Below are positions 56,275-64,000 of a DNA stretch of 64,000 nt, piece after piece (position 1 is the first letter of the stretch; every line of letters begins with the position of its first letter). The notes below the pieces were generated by a model that saw nothing but the letters and a program-made list of their open reading frames with translations, did no database searches and was not told the origin of the DNA. Origin of the DNA: Nitrososphaeria archaeon (GTDB lineage: Archaea; Thermoproteota; Nitrososphaeria; Nitrososphaerales; JAAOZN01); NCBI GenBank assembly GCA_029775855.1, contig JARVJZ010000001.1, positions 160,001 to 224,000 of the forward strand. The letters are read 5' to 3'. The position numbers were made by a program, and so were the translations under genes.

Positions 56275-56850
56275 ATGGCTTGTATGTATATTAGGTCTGG
56301 TTTGTCTGAAGATCTTGTTTGTGATGAGTTTGGTCGATGGAGGCGGGTTATAAAGAATAGGCCTAAATTGATTTATGAGTTTGTTTCTAAGAGTGGAGAA
56401 AGGGCTGAAGTTGATGTAGCTTCTGAGCAGTTGTATGGCGGTGAAGAAGTGTTATGGTGGTATAGTGTTGAACGTGGAGTCTTTAGAAAGAGGCTAGAGC
56501 GCTATTGGTTCATAACTAACCTTAGAGTATGTAAATTCGATTACGAAGAAGGTAATGTTGAGGCGACCCCTCTAAAGGATTTAGACGTGGTTGTAACTGA
56601 AAAGGAGCACACAACTTCCTCGCAAAGAATAGGCATGTATACTGGTAAACTAGAGAATATAGTAGGTATTGTAGGCGTAGGTACCTCGCGCACCAAGAGC
56701 CGAACAATCGGTAATCTACTTTTTATACGTGAAGGGCGTGTTCTAGTGAAGTTTACAAAGATTAGTGACCCTGATGGTGTTAAGAAACTTGTTGAAGTCT
56801 TAAAGAGAAATTTGAGAGATGTAGAAGTTCGACCCTTAAGCCTAGCTTAA
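56275..56850 (+). CDS. hypothetical protein, possible bacterial/archaeal PH-like domain
   Basis: GEEVLWW, YWFITNLRV, IGNLLF..FTKISDPDGVKKLV pattern resembles bPH domains. Confidence 0.5.
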   Translation: MACMYIRSGLSEDLVCDEFGRWRRVIKNRPKLIYEFVSKSGERAEVDVASEQLYGGEEVLWWYSVERGVFRKRLERYWFITNLRVCKFDYEEGNVEATPLKDLDVVVTEKEHTTSSQRIGMYTGKLENIVGIVGVGTSRTKSRTIGNLLFIREGRVLVKFTKISDPDGVKKLVEVLKRNLRDVEVRPLSLA

Positions 56851-56892
56851 CATTCTGGTAAGAGATAGGTATTAAAGCCTAGGTCTGGTAGG

Positions 56893-57933
56893 TTGTTTGA
56901 TAGACGATTGAACATAGAGGATATAGTTCGCACCTATAGGCAAGAAGTCTACACCTACATAGATGCAAAGCTCCCAAGGTCTCATGCTCATTCTGATATT
57001 GTAACATTTTACGAGATGCTGAGGGATTACCCTTCAAGACCAAGCAAAGGGTTGAGAGCTGCTTTATGTATGCTCACATGCGAAGCGTTTGGCGGTCAAA
57101 GAGATCTATGTATACCAACCGCAGCAGCTATAGAGATCTTTCAGAGCTGGGTTCTGATACACGATGATATCGAGGATGATTCTGAAATGAGGAGAGGGCA
57201 GCCTGTGCTGCATAAAAAATTTGGTATACCTATGGCGATCAATGCGGGCGATGCATTGCATGGGAAGATGTGGGAGGTTCTGCTTGAAAATAAGAGAATA
57301 TTAGGTGAAAGTAAGACTTTATCTATTCTTGAAGAGTTCTGCAAGATGGTAAACGAGACGACAGAAGGGCAGCACTTAGAGTTGACTTGGGTTTGTAAGA
57401 GAAGATGGGATCTTGTAGATGAAGACTACTTCTTTATGTGCGGTAAGAAAACATCTTGGTACACAGCTATAACCCCTTTCCGATTAGGTGCAATTATAGC
57501 TGATGCTGATAAGCACACACTCGAGCAGATGGTTCATTTAGGCTACAAATTAGGATTAGCCTTTCAAATAAGAGATGACGCGCTTAATCTTATGGCTGAG
57601 GAGAAATACGGCAAAGAAGCGGCTGGAGACATCTACGAAAGCAAGAGGACGCTCATATTAATTGATGCGCTTAAAAGATGTAGCGCTGAAGAGCGGGAAA
57701 AGGCAAAACAAATCTTAGATAAACCTAGACCCTCAAAGAATCCTGAAGAAGTTAAGTGGATCCTAGATCTAATCAACAAGACGAATAGTCTCCAATATGC
57801 TCTTGGTGTTGCAGAGAAGTTGGCGCAGGAAGCAAAACAATACTTCGAGGAAGTCTTTAAGGAAGCTCAATGTGCTGAAGCTAAAGATGCTATTAGAAGC
57901 TTCATAGAGTATATGGTAAGTAGAAGATGGTAA
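56893..57933 (+). CDS. polyprenyl diphosphate synthase (GGPP synthase-like)
   Basis: KGLR, LIHDDIEDDSEMRRG, AINAGD, EGQ, KT, FQIRDD. Confidence 0.92.
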   Translation: MFDRRLNIEDIVRTYRQEVYTYIDAKLPRSHAHSDIVTFYEMLRDYPSRPSKGLRAALCMLTCEAFGGQRDLCIPTAAAIEIFQSWVLIHDDIEDDSEMRRGQPVLHKKFGIPMAINAGDALHGKMWEVLLENKRILGESKTLSILEEFCKMVNETTEGQHLELTWVCKRRWDLVDEDYFFMCGKKTSWYTAITPFRLGAIIADADKHTLEQMVHLGYKLGLAFQIRDDALNLMAEEKYGKEAAGDIYESKRTLILIDALKRCSAEEREKAKQILDKPRPSKNPEEVKWILDLINKTNSLQYALGVAEKLAQEAKQYFEEVFKEAQCAEAKDAIRSFIEYMVSRRW

Positions 57934-57956
57934 TCTAATCTCTAGAGGGGGGAGGA

Positions 57957-59660
57957 ATGAGTGTATCCGACTCTTTAACTGAGAAGATAAGGCAGTATGC
58001 TCTCCTAAACGCTACAAAGCATGGTGGTAAGGCTGAAGTAGGTGCGGTAGTAAGTAAAATCTTAGGTGCTCATCCAGAGTTAAGGTTGCAAGCTAAACTA
58101 ATCGTTGAAGTGGTTAAGCAAGTCGTTGAAGAGATAAATGCTCTCAAACCAGAAGAGCAACTAGCTGAATTAGAAAATTATCCCACAATATCTACAGAAA
58201 CCAAAACCGAGGAGAAGAAGCTACCCCCTCTACCCAACGCAGTAAAAGGAGCGGTTGTCGTTCGCCTACCTCCAGAGCCCTCTGGTTATATGCACATAGG
58301 CCACGCGATGGCCGGCTTAATAAACTCTGAATATGCAAAGATGTATGATGGAAAGATCTGGCTTAGATTTGAAGATACAAACCCAAGAAAGGTTAAGCTA
58401 GAATATTATGATAGCTTCAGATCCGGCTACAGTTGGCTTGGAATAAAATGGGATTACGAGAAAAATGTCTCAGACGACTTAGATCTAATCTACGGATTCG
58501 GAAGGCAGCTTGTTGAGAAGGGTTTAGCATACGCCTGCACCTGTGAGGAGTCAAGAATAAAGGCTGCCCGCTTCGCAGGTAAGGGATGCGAGTGCAGAGA
58601 AAGAAGTGTAGAAGAGAATCTTGAAGCTTGGGATAAGATGCTCTCAGGAGCTTATAGAGAAGGCGAGATCGTAATAAGATACAAAGGCGACTTATCAAGC
58701 CAAGACTACTCTCTACGAGACCCCAACCTCTTCCGAATAGTAGACCACCCACATCCTATACAAGGTTCAAAATATAGGTTATGGCCAGTATATGATTTTG
58801 CTGTAGTGGTAGAAGATTATCTGTGCAAAGTAACCCACATACTCAGAAGCTTAGAGTTTCACGTATCTTTACAAGATAGGCTTAGAGCTGACCTCGGTCT
58901 CCCAAAGGTTCACATAACACAGTTCTCACGCTTTAGGTTTAAGGGTACACCAGTCTCAAAGAGGATGCTCAGACCCCTATTGGAGCAAGGACTTGTCTCA
59001 GGCTGGGACGACCCGCGTATGCCTACAATCATGGGGTTAAAGAGACGCGGCATCGACCCTGAAGCCATAAAGAACTTTACCTTAGAGGTTGGTTACACTT
59101 TAGCGGAGCATGAGTTTGAATGGAGTCTTCTCTTTGCAGCGAACCGAAAGGTTTTAGATCCTAAGGTCAGACGCTACATGTTCGTCCCAGACCCCATTCG
59201 TCTTAAGGTTAAAGGAGCGCCGGAGAAAAGTGTAAACCTCCGATTCCACCCAGATAAAGACCTCGGTTTCAGAGCTATACAAACAAAAGGTATCTTCTAC
59301 ATAGCGAGGAGCGATGCCTCAAATCTACACACGGGCGACGAGTTTAGGCTCATAGAGCTATATAATGTGGTGGTTGAAGAAGTTAGTGAAGATGAGATTA
59401 AATCGGTCTACATCGGCTCAGAGCTAAAAGAAGGCATACCCAAGTTTCAATGGGTTACCGAAGATAACACAGCGCTCAAAGTTCTGATACCCGATGTGCT
59501 GTTCAAAGATGATGAATTTAACCGTGAAAGCTTGAATGAGGTAAGAGGCTTTGCCGAGCCCTCAGTAGCCAAACTAAAGGTTGGTGAAGTGGTTCAATTC
59601 ATCCGATTCGGATTCTGCAGAATAGACAGTGAAGGTGTAGCAATCTTTGCCCACAAGTGA
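57957..59660 (+). CDS. gltX: glutamate--tRNA ligase
   Basis: PPEPSGYMHIGH, RFEDTNP, THILR, SKR, GWDDPR, QFIRFGF. Confidence 0.96.
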   Translation: MSVSDSLTEKIRQYALLNATKHGGKAEVGAVVSKILGAHPELRLQAKLIVEVVKQVVEEINALKPEEQLAELENYPTISTETKTEEKKLPPLPNAVKGAVVVRLPPEPSGYMHIGHAMAGLINSEYAKMYDGKIWLRFEDTNPRKVKLEYYDSFRSGYSWLGIKWDYEKNVSDDLDLIYGFGRQLVEKGLAYACTCEESRIKAARFAGKGCECRERSVEENLEAWDKMLSGAYREGEIVIRYKGDLSSQDYSLRDPNLFRIVDHPHPIQGSKYRLWPVYDFAVVVEDYLCKVTHILRSLEFHVSLQDRLRADLGLPKVHITQFSRFRFKGTPVSKRMLRPLLEQGLVSGWDDPRMPTIMGLKRRGIDPEAIKNFTLEVGYTLAEHEFEWSLLFAANRKVLDPKVRRYMFVPDPIRLKVKGAPEKSVNLRFHPDKDLGFRAIQTKGIFYIARSDASNLHTGDEFRLIELYNVVVEEVSEDEIKSVYIGSELKEGIPKFQWVTEDNTALKVLIPDVLFKDDEFNRESLNEVRGFAEPSVAKLKVGEVVQFIRFGFCRIDSEGVAIFAHK

Positions 59661-60915
59661 GTCCGAGGCTCTTCTTCAGAAATTGGTTGATAATCGTCTA
59701 AACGAATGGATGCTCAAACCAGACTATAATCAATACGGGTTATCAAACTTAGCAGCAAGCATAATGAAGTTCTTCGGAGATAAGCATCTAAAACACAAAC
59801 CTATAGCTGACCCAAGGTTAGACGAAGTCTTAGATGGTGTAGAGAACATCATTCTTCTACTCGTAGATGGGTTATCTTACTATCAAATATCTGGTGAAGT
59901 TGAGAAGTATCTACATGCTTCACTTAACCCAACAACAATACCCATAACCTCAACCTTCCCATCTACTACAACAACCGCTTTGACGACGCTTAACACAGGC
60001 TTGACACCACAAGAGCACGCCATAATAGGATACACAACATATCTAAAAGAGATTGGAGTAGTTCTAAGTTTAACAAACTTCGCTCCTTCAGCTGCGCCTG
60101 AAAGTATTTCTTTAATACAAGCCGGTCTAGACCCCTCTAGCATCCTTGGTGTTGAGACAATCCATTCACAACTCAGAAAAAGCGGCGTTAAATCAATCAT
60201 AATGACCAGAAGAATGTACAGAGAAAGCCCCCTTACAACTATGCTCGGTCTAGGAGCGGATATAGAAACCTATGTAGGTGTATCTGACATCTTCGTGCGT
60301 ATGCGTAAGCTGCTAGAGAACTCCAGAACACCAACACTTCTCTTTCCATATTGGGATGGTTTAGACATAGCGGCACATATATATGGTCATCAAAGTGAAG
60401 AAGCAGTTAGCGAGCTTAAAAACTTCTTAGCTTCAATGAAGGTCAATCTAATGGAAAAGATAAACTCTAACACTGCGAAGAAGAGTGCCTTGCTAATCAC
60501 AGGAGACCACGGACAAGTCACATTCTCCCCGCAAGAAGTGTTAGCGGTAGAAAAGCATCCAAACCTACTGAATGCTCTACATATACCACCAACAGGAGAC
60601 TCAAGAGCAGCTTGCCTTTACCCAAAACCAGAAATGAAAGAAAAAATAATAGAATATGTGGAAACCCACCTTTCTCAATCCTTCTCTATATATGAAACTC
60701 AACACCTTCTCAGAGAAGGCGTCTTTGGTTTAGGTGAGGCGAAGCAGAATCTACTAGATAGAACAGGTGAACTCATACTCTTACCTAAAAGAAATGGGGC
60801 TATAGCCTACAGCTATAAACCAAAGTATAAAGAATTCGATCTTAAAGGTGGGCACGGCGGTCTAACCCCAACAGAATTGATAGTCCCGCTAATATGCAAA
60901 AACTTGATTAGATGA
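59647..60915 (+). CDS. alkaline phosphatase / nucleotide pyrophosphatase family protein
   Basis: LLVDGL, STFPSTT, DIAAH, ITGDHG, GGHGGLT. Confidence 0.88.
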   Translation: MPTSESEALLQKLVDNRLNEWMLKPDYNQYGLSNLAASIMKFFGDKHLKHKPIADPRLDEVLDGVENIILLLVDGLSYYQISGEVEKYLHASLNPTTIPITSTFPSTTTTALTTLNTGLTPQEHAIIGYTTYLKEIGVVLSLTNFAPSAAPESISLIQAGLDPSSILGVETIHSQLRKSGVKSIIMTRRMYRESPLTTMLGLGADIETYVGVSDIFVRMRKLLENSRTPTLLFPYWDGLDIAAHIYGHQSEEAVSELKNFLASMKVNLMEKINSNTAKKSALLITGDHGQVTFSPQEVLAVEKHPNLLNALHIPPTGDSRAACLYPKPEMKEKIIEYVETHLSQSFSIYETQHLLREGVFGLGEAKQNLLDRTGELILLPKRNGAIAYSYKPKYKEFDLKGGHGGLTPTELIVPLICKNLIR

Positions 60916-60977
60916 TGAAATATTCAAAGAGCTGGAATGGTAAGCAAGTGACATGTTTATTAGACAGCGGATAAAAG

Positions 60978-61047
60978 CGGGTATGGGGGAAGTTAGATGA
61001 ACCCAAAGAAAGCATCAAAAGGCTGATGCAGCGAAGGTGCATATGAG
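60978..61047 (+). promoter_or_regulatory. structured rpl7ae leader, candidate k-turn autoregulatory element
   Basis: GGGT..GATGAACCC pairing and GCATCA/TGATGC hairpin (61012-61029) before the L7Ae start. Confidence 0.45.
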
Positions 61048-61422
61048 TTGACAGGTAAACCATACTATGTTAAATTTGATGTTCCAAAGGAGCTTGCTGA
61101 CGCAGCATACGAAGCCGTTCGTCAAGCCAAGCAGACAGGTAAGGTAAAGAAAGGCACAAACGAAACTACAAAGGCGGTAGAGCGAGGATTGGCTAAACTA
61201 GTGGTGCTGGCTGAAGATGTAGAACCTCCAGAGGTGGTAGCGCACCTACCACTCCTATGTGAAGAAAGGAATATACCATTTATATTTGTCCCAAGCAAAG
61301 CACAACTGGGTTCAGCACTAGGATTAGATGTAGCTGCAGCATCAGCAGCAATAGTTGAACCGAATGAAGCACAAGCGTTAGTTGAGCAGATTATAAACGA
61401 AATAGCTAAGATAAAGAAGTAG
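61048..61422 (+). CDS. rpl7ae: 50S ribosomal protein L7Ae
   Basis: [28 protein letters not shown]. Confidence 0.98.
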   Translation: MTGKPYYVKFDVPKELADAAYEAVRQAKQTGKVKKGTNETTKAVERGLAKLVVLAEDVEPPEVVAHLPLLCEERNIPFIFVPSKAQLGSALGLDVAAASAAIVEPNEAQALVEQIINEIAKIKK

Positions 61423-61437
61423 TTCGGTGAGTTAAAT

Positions 61438-61653
61438 ATGAGTAAGGCTGCTGAAGAGAAACTTACACCCGCTGAAGTCATACAGATAGTCGGTAGAACA
61501 GGTGTAGCCGGTGAAATAACCCAAGTGCGTGTTCGCATACTTGAAGGTAAAGATAAAGGACGCATACTTACTCGAAATGTTAAGGGTCCGGTGAGACTGC
61601 AAGATATTCTTATGCTTAGAGAAACAGAAAGGGAAGCTAGAAAGATAAAGTGA
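61438..61653 (+). CDS. rps28e: 30S ribosomal protein S28e
   Basis: [20 protein letters not shown]. Confidence 0.98.
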   Translation: MSKAAEEKLTPAEVIQIVGRTGVAGEITQVRVRILEGKDKGRILTRNVKGPVRLQDILMLRETEREARKIK

Positions 61654-61657
61654 TCGT

Positions 61658-61849
61658 GTGATGCTCACAGGCAAAAGATGCAGCTTTTGTAGCAGAGAGC
61701 TAAAGCAAGGCTATGGTATAATGCTGGTTCGCATAGATGGTTCAATTGAATATTACTGCTCATCAAAGTGTAGAAAAAACGCGTTGCATCTTAAAAGAGA
61801 CCCGCGGAAACTTAAATGGGTTACCAAACGTAAGGGGAGCAAACCTTGA
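61658..61849 (+). CDS. rpl24e: 50S ribosomal protein L24e
   Basis: CSFC, YCSSKC, PRKLKW. Confidence 0.96.
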   Translation: MMLTGKRCSFCSRELKQGYGIMLVRIDGSIEYYCSSKCRKNALHLKRDPRKLKWVTKRKGSKP

Positions 61850-62247
61850 CTCAACGCACATTAATCGTCATAAAACCAGACGCTGTTCGCCGCGGGCTGA
61901 TAGGTAAAATAATCACGAGGTTCGAAGAGAAAGGTTTCAAGATACTCGACTTAAAGATGCTTACCTTCACAAGGCAGCAAGCGGAAAAGTTTTACGAGCC
62001 ACACCTTGGTAAGCCTTTCTTTCAAGACCTTGTAAACTTCATAACCTCTGGACCAGTCGTAGCAGCTATACTTGAAGCACCTAACGCTGTTAGTGTTGTA
62101 AGGCTGATGATAGGCTCAACTAGATCCTTTGAAGCCTCTCCTGGAACTATACGTGGAGACTTCGGCTTAGGTATAACAGAGAATGTAATACATGCTTCGG
62201 ATTCAGAGGAAAGCTTCAAGAGAGAGTCTGCGATAGTTTTCAGCTAA
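61846..62247 (+). CDS. ndk: nucleoside diphosphate kinase
   Basis: [23 protein letters not shown]. Confidence 0.98.
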   Translation: MTQRTLIVIKPDAVRRGLIGKIITRFEEKGFKILDLKMLTFTRQQAEKFYEPHLGKPFFQDLVNFITSGPVVAAILEAPNAVSVVRLMIGSTRSFEASPGTIRGDFGLGITENVIHASDSEESFKRESAIVFS

Positions 62248-62318
62248 TCTAAGCTCTGCTTAAATTCTAGTCTGCAGTATAGTCTTCTGGATGGCTAATC
62301 GAGAAGAGGGATGCATAT

Positions 62319-64000
62319 TTGACTTCACAGTGGGTAAGGCAGCCCGTTGTCGTAGTGCTTGGGCACGTGGACTCTGGAAAGACTTCCCTACTGGATAAGA
62401 TAAGGGGCACAGCCGTTCAAGCACATGAAGCGGGTGGTATGACTCAGCATATAGGTGCGAGCTTCTTTCCCACAGATACACTCATACACATCTGCGGTCC
62501 TCTGCTTAAGAAGGTTGGTGGTGCTGTTAAGGTTCCTGGGCTTCTAGTTATAGACACTCCGGGGCATGAGGCTTTTAGCAACCTTAGGAGTAGGGGTGGT
62601 TCTGCTGCAGATATCGCTATATTGGTTGTTGATGTGACTAGGGGGTTTGAAGCACAGACTTATGAAAGTGTTGAGATACTTTCGCGAAGGAAGGTCCCCT
62701 TTGTCGTTGCATTAAATAAGATTGATAGGCTTAGTGGATGGAGACCTTCTTCAACCCCTTTTTTGACCGAGTCGCTAAAAAAGCAGGATAAGTTTGTGCT
62801 GGATGAACTTGACACTAAGATCTATGAGGTTGTAGGTAGCCTATCGCGTTTAGGGTTTAAAAGTGAAGCATACTATAGGGTAAAAGACTTCTCAAAAGAA
62901 GTAGCTATAGTCCCCATTAGCGCTAGAACTGGAGAGGGCATACCAGAGCTCATTATGGTGCTCATTGGCTTAACACAACATTATCTGACAAAGAGATTAA
63001 CCACCTCGGAAACTCAGACAAGAGGTATAGTGCTTGAGCTAAAGGAGGAGGTTGGGTTAGGTCTTACAGCGAACCTAATTCTGCTGGATGGTTCACTAAA
63101 GGCTGGGGATACTGTTGCCTTGGTTAAGCGGGAAGGTGCCTTTAAAACGAAGGTAAAAGGGCTGTTTTTACCCAAACCTCTGGATGAGATGAGGGACCCT
63201 AGAGATCGGTTTATCCCCGTAGATGAAGTTAGGGCAGCGGCTGGTGTGAAGATCGTCGCCTCAGATCTTGAAGGAGTTCTAGCAGGTTCACCTCTGGTTG
63301 GTGTGCATTCAGAGGAAAGATGGGACGAGGTTAAGAAGGCTATAGAGAGTGAGGTTTCAAAGGTTTTTATAAAGACCGATAGTTTAGGTGTAATCGTTAA
63401 GGCAGACACACTAGGTTCACTTGAAGCTATAACTGATATGCTGAAGCGGCAAGGTGTCCCCTTAAGAATTGCCGATGTAGGTGCGGTGACGAGGCGTGAA
63501 GTGATAGAGGCTGCTATGGTGGCTAAAGAAGACCCATATTTAGGTGTGATCTTAGGTTTTAACGTAAAGATTCTGCCGGATGCGCAGGAAGCAATCACTT
63601 CTGAAAAGGTAAAGGTGTTTAACGAATCAATCATATATAATCTAATAGAGGGATACACAAGGTGGGTTCAAGAGGAGAAAGAGAAGGCTGCCAGCAGAGA
63701 ATATAGTAGTCTAACACCGCCTTGCAAGTTTAAGGTGCTTGAAGGCTACATCTTTAGAAGAAGTAATCCAGCGATCTTTGGGGTAGAAATTATAACTGGG
63801 CGGTTAAAGCAGAAAGTGCAGGTTATGAATAGTGAAGGCAAAGTTGTAGGTGTCGTGCATCAAATACAGGATAAAGGTAAACCTATAGAGGAAGCGGCTC
63901 AAGGTTCCCAAGTAGCAATCTCGATGTTAGAGCCGATAGTTGGTAGACACATAGTTGAGAAAGAGGTGTTGTATTCGCTACCTAAGGAAGCTGAGGTGCG
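62319..64000 (+). CDS. infB: translation initiation factor aIF5B/IF-2 (truncated by window end)
   Basis: Manual translation from TTG 62319: MTSQWVRQPVVVVLGHVDSGKTSLLDKIRGT..GGMTQHIGA..IDTPGHEAF..NKID; not in the ORF track. Confidence 0.96.
   Translation, partial: MTSQWVRQPVVVVLGHVDSGKTSLLDKIRGTAVQAHEAGGMTQHIGASFFPTDTLIHICGPLLKKVGGAVKVPGLLVIDTPGHEAFSNLRSRGGSAADIAILVVDVTRGFEAQTYESVEILSRRKVPFVVALNKIDRLSGWRPSSTPFLTESLKKQDKFVLDELDTKIYEVVGSLSRLGFKSEAYYRVKDFSKEVAIVPISARTGEGIPELIMVLIGLTQHYLTKRLTTSETQTRGIVLELKEEVGLGLTANLILLDGSLKAGDTVALVKREGAFKTKVKGLFLPKPLDEMRDPRDRFIPVDEVRAAAGVKIVASDLEGVLAGSPLVGVHSEERWDEVKKAIESEVSKVFIKTDSLGVIVKADTLGSLEAITDMLKRQGVPLRIADVGAVTRREVIEAAMVAKEDPYLGVILGFNVKILPDAQEAITSEKVKVFNESIIYNLIEGYTRWVQEEKEKAASREYSSLTPPCKFKVLEGYIFRRSNPAIFGVEIITGRLKQKVQVMNSEGKVVGVVHQIQDKGKPIEEAAQGSQVAISMLEPIVGRHIVEKEVLYSLPKEAEV

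Noticed and set aside
60912-61026. C/D box sRNA (ATGATGA ... CTGA)
   Set aside because: Boxes are ~110 nt apart with no clear D'/C' pair, longer than typical archaeal C/D guides
799-63658. Many short antisense/overlapping ORFs in the six-frame track (e.g. 1595-1948, 9240-9662, 37365-37784, 61122-61565, 63014-63658)
   Set aside because: They lie opposite or within well-supported genes and have no recognisable motifs; treated as shadow ORFs
1-64000. CRISPR arrays, IS elements/transposases, inteins (MCM, RtcB, aIF5B), prophage genes
   Set aside because: No regularly spaced repeats, transposase/integrase motifs or intein-sized insertions were seen

Overview
Gene-dense archaeal chromosome segment, most consistent with a deep-branching Nitrososphaerota/Thaumarchaeota-like (TACK) archaeon with anaerobe-type traits (inference from gene content and frequent TTG starts). 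Most of the window is housekeeping: S6e-aIF2g-PIN-Rpo7-Spt4-S24e-S27ae, RtcB, Hel308-MCM-GINS, Dph2/Dph5, L10e, TrpRS, GluRS, L7Ae-S28e-L24e-Ndk-aIF5B. It also holds two intron-containing tRNAs (Glu with an intron inside the anticodon; Lys), a 5S rRNA, a DtxR-FeoA-FeoB iron operon with a perfect 27-bp palindromic operator, a 2-oxoacid:ferredoxin oxidoreductase, a methanogen-type sulfide-dependent homocysteine module and CopA. The most unusual region is ~36.1-46.0 kb, directly after tRNA-Lys. It is an archaellum locus whose motor operon starts with a V4R sensor and a Roadblock/LC7 protein coupled to an ArlC/D/E-type switch protein, with no che genes in the window. The single archaellin is transcribed divergently with a 3-TM protein, an EVE-domain protein and an AbrB-like regulator, and an inverted repeat lies between the two arms. 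All calls come from reading motifs by eye; no searches were run.
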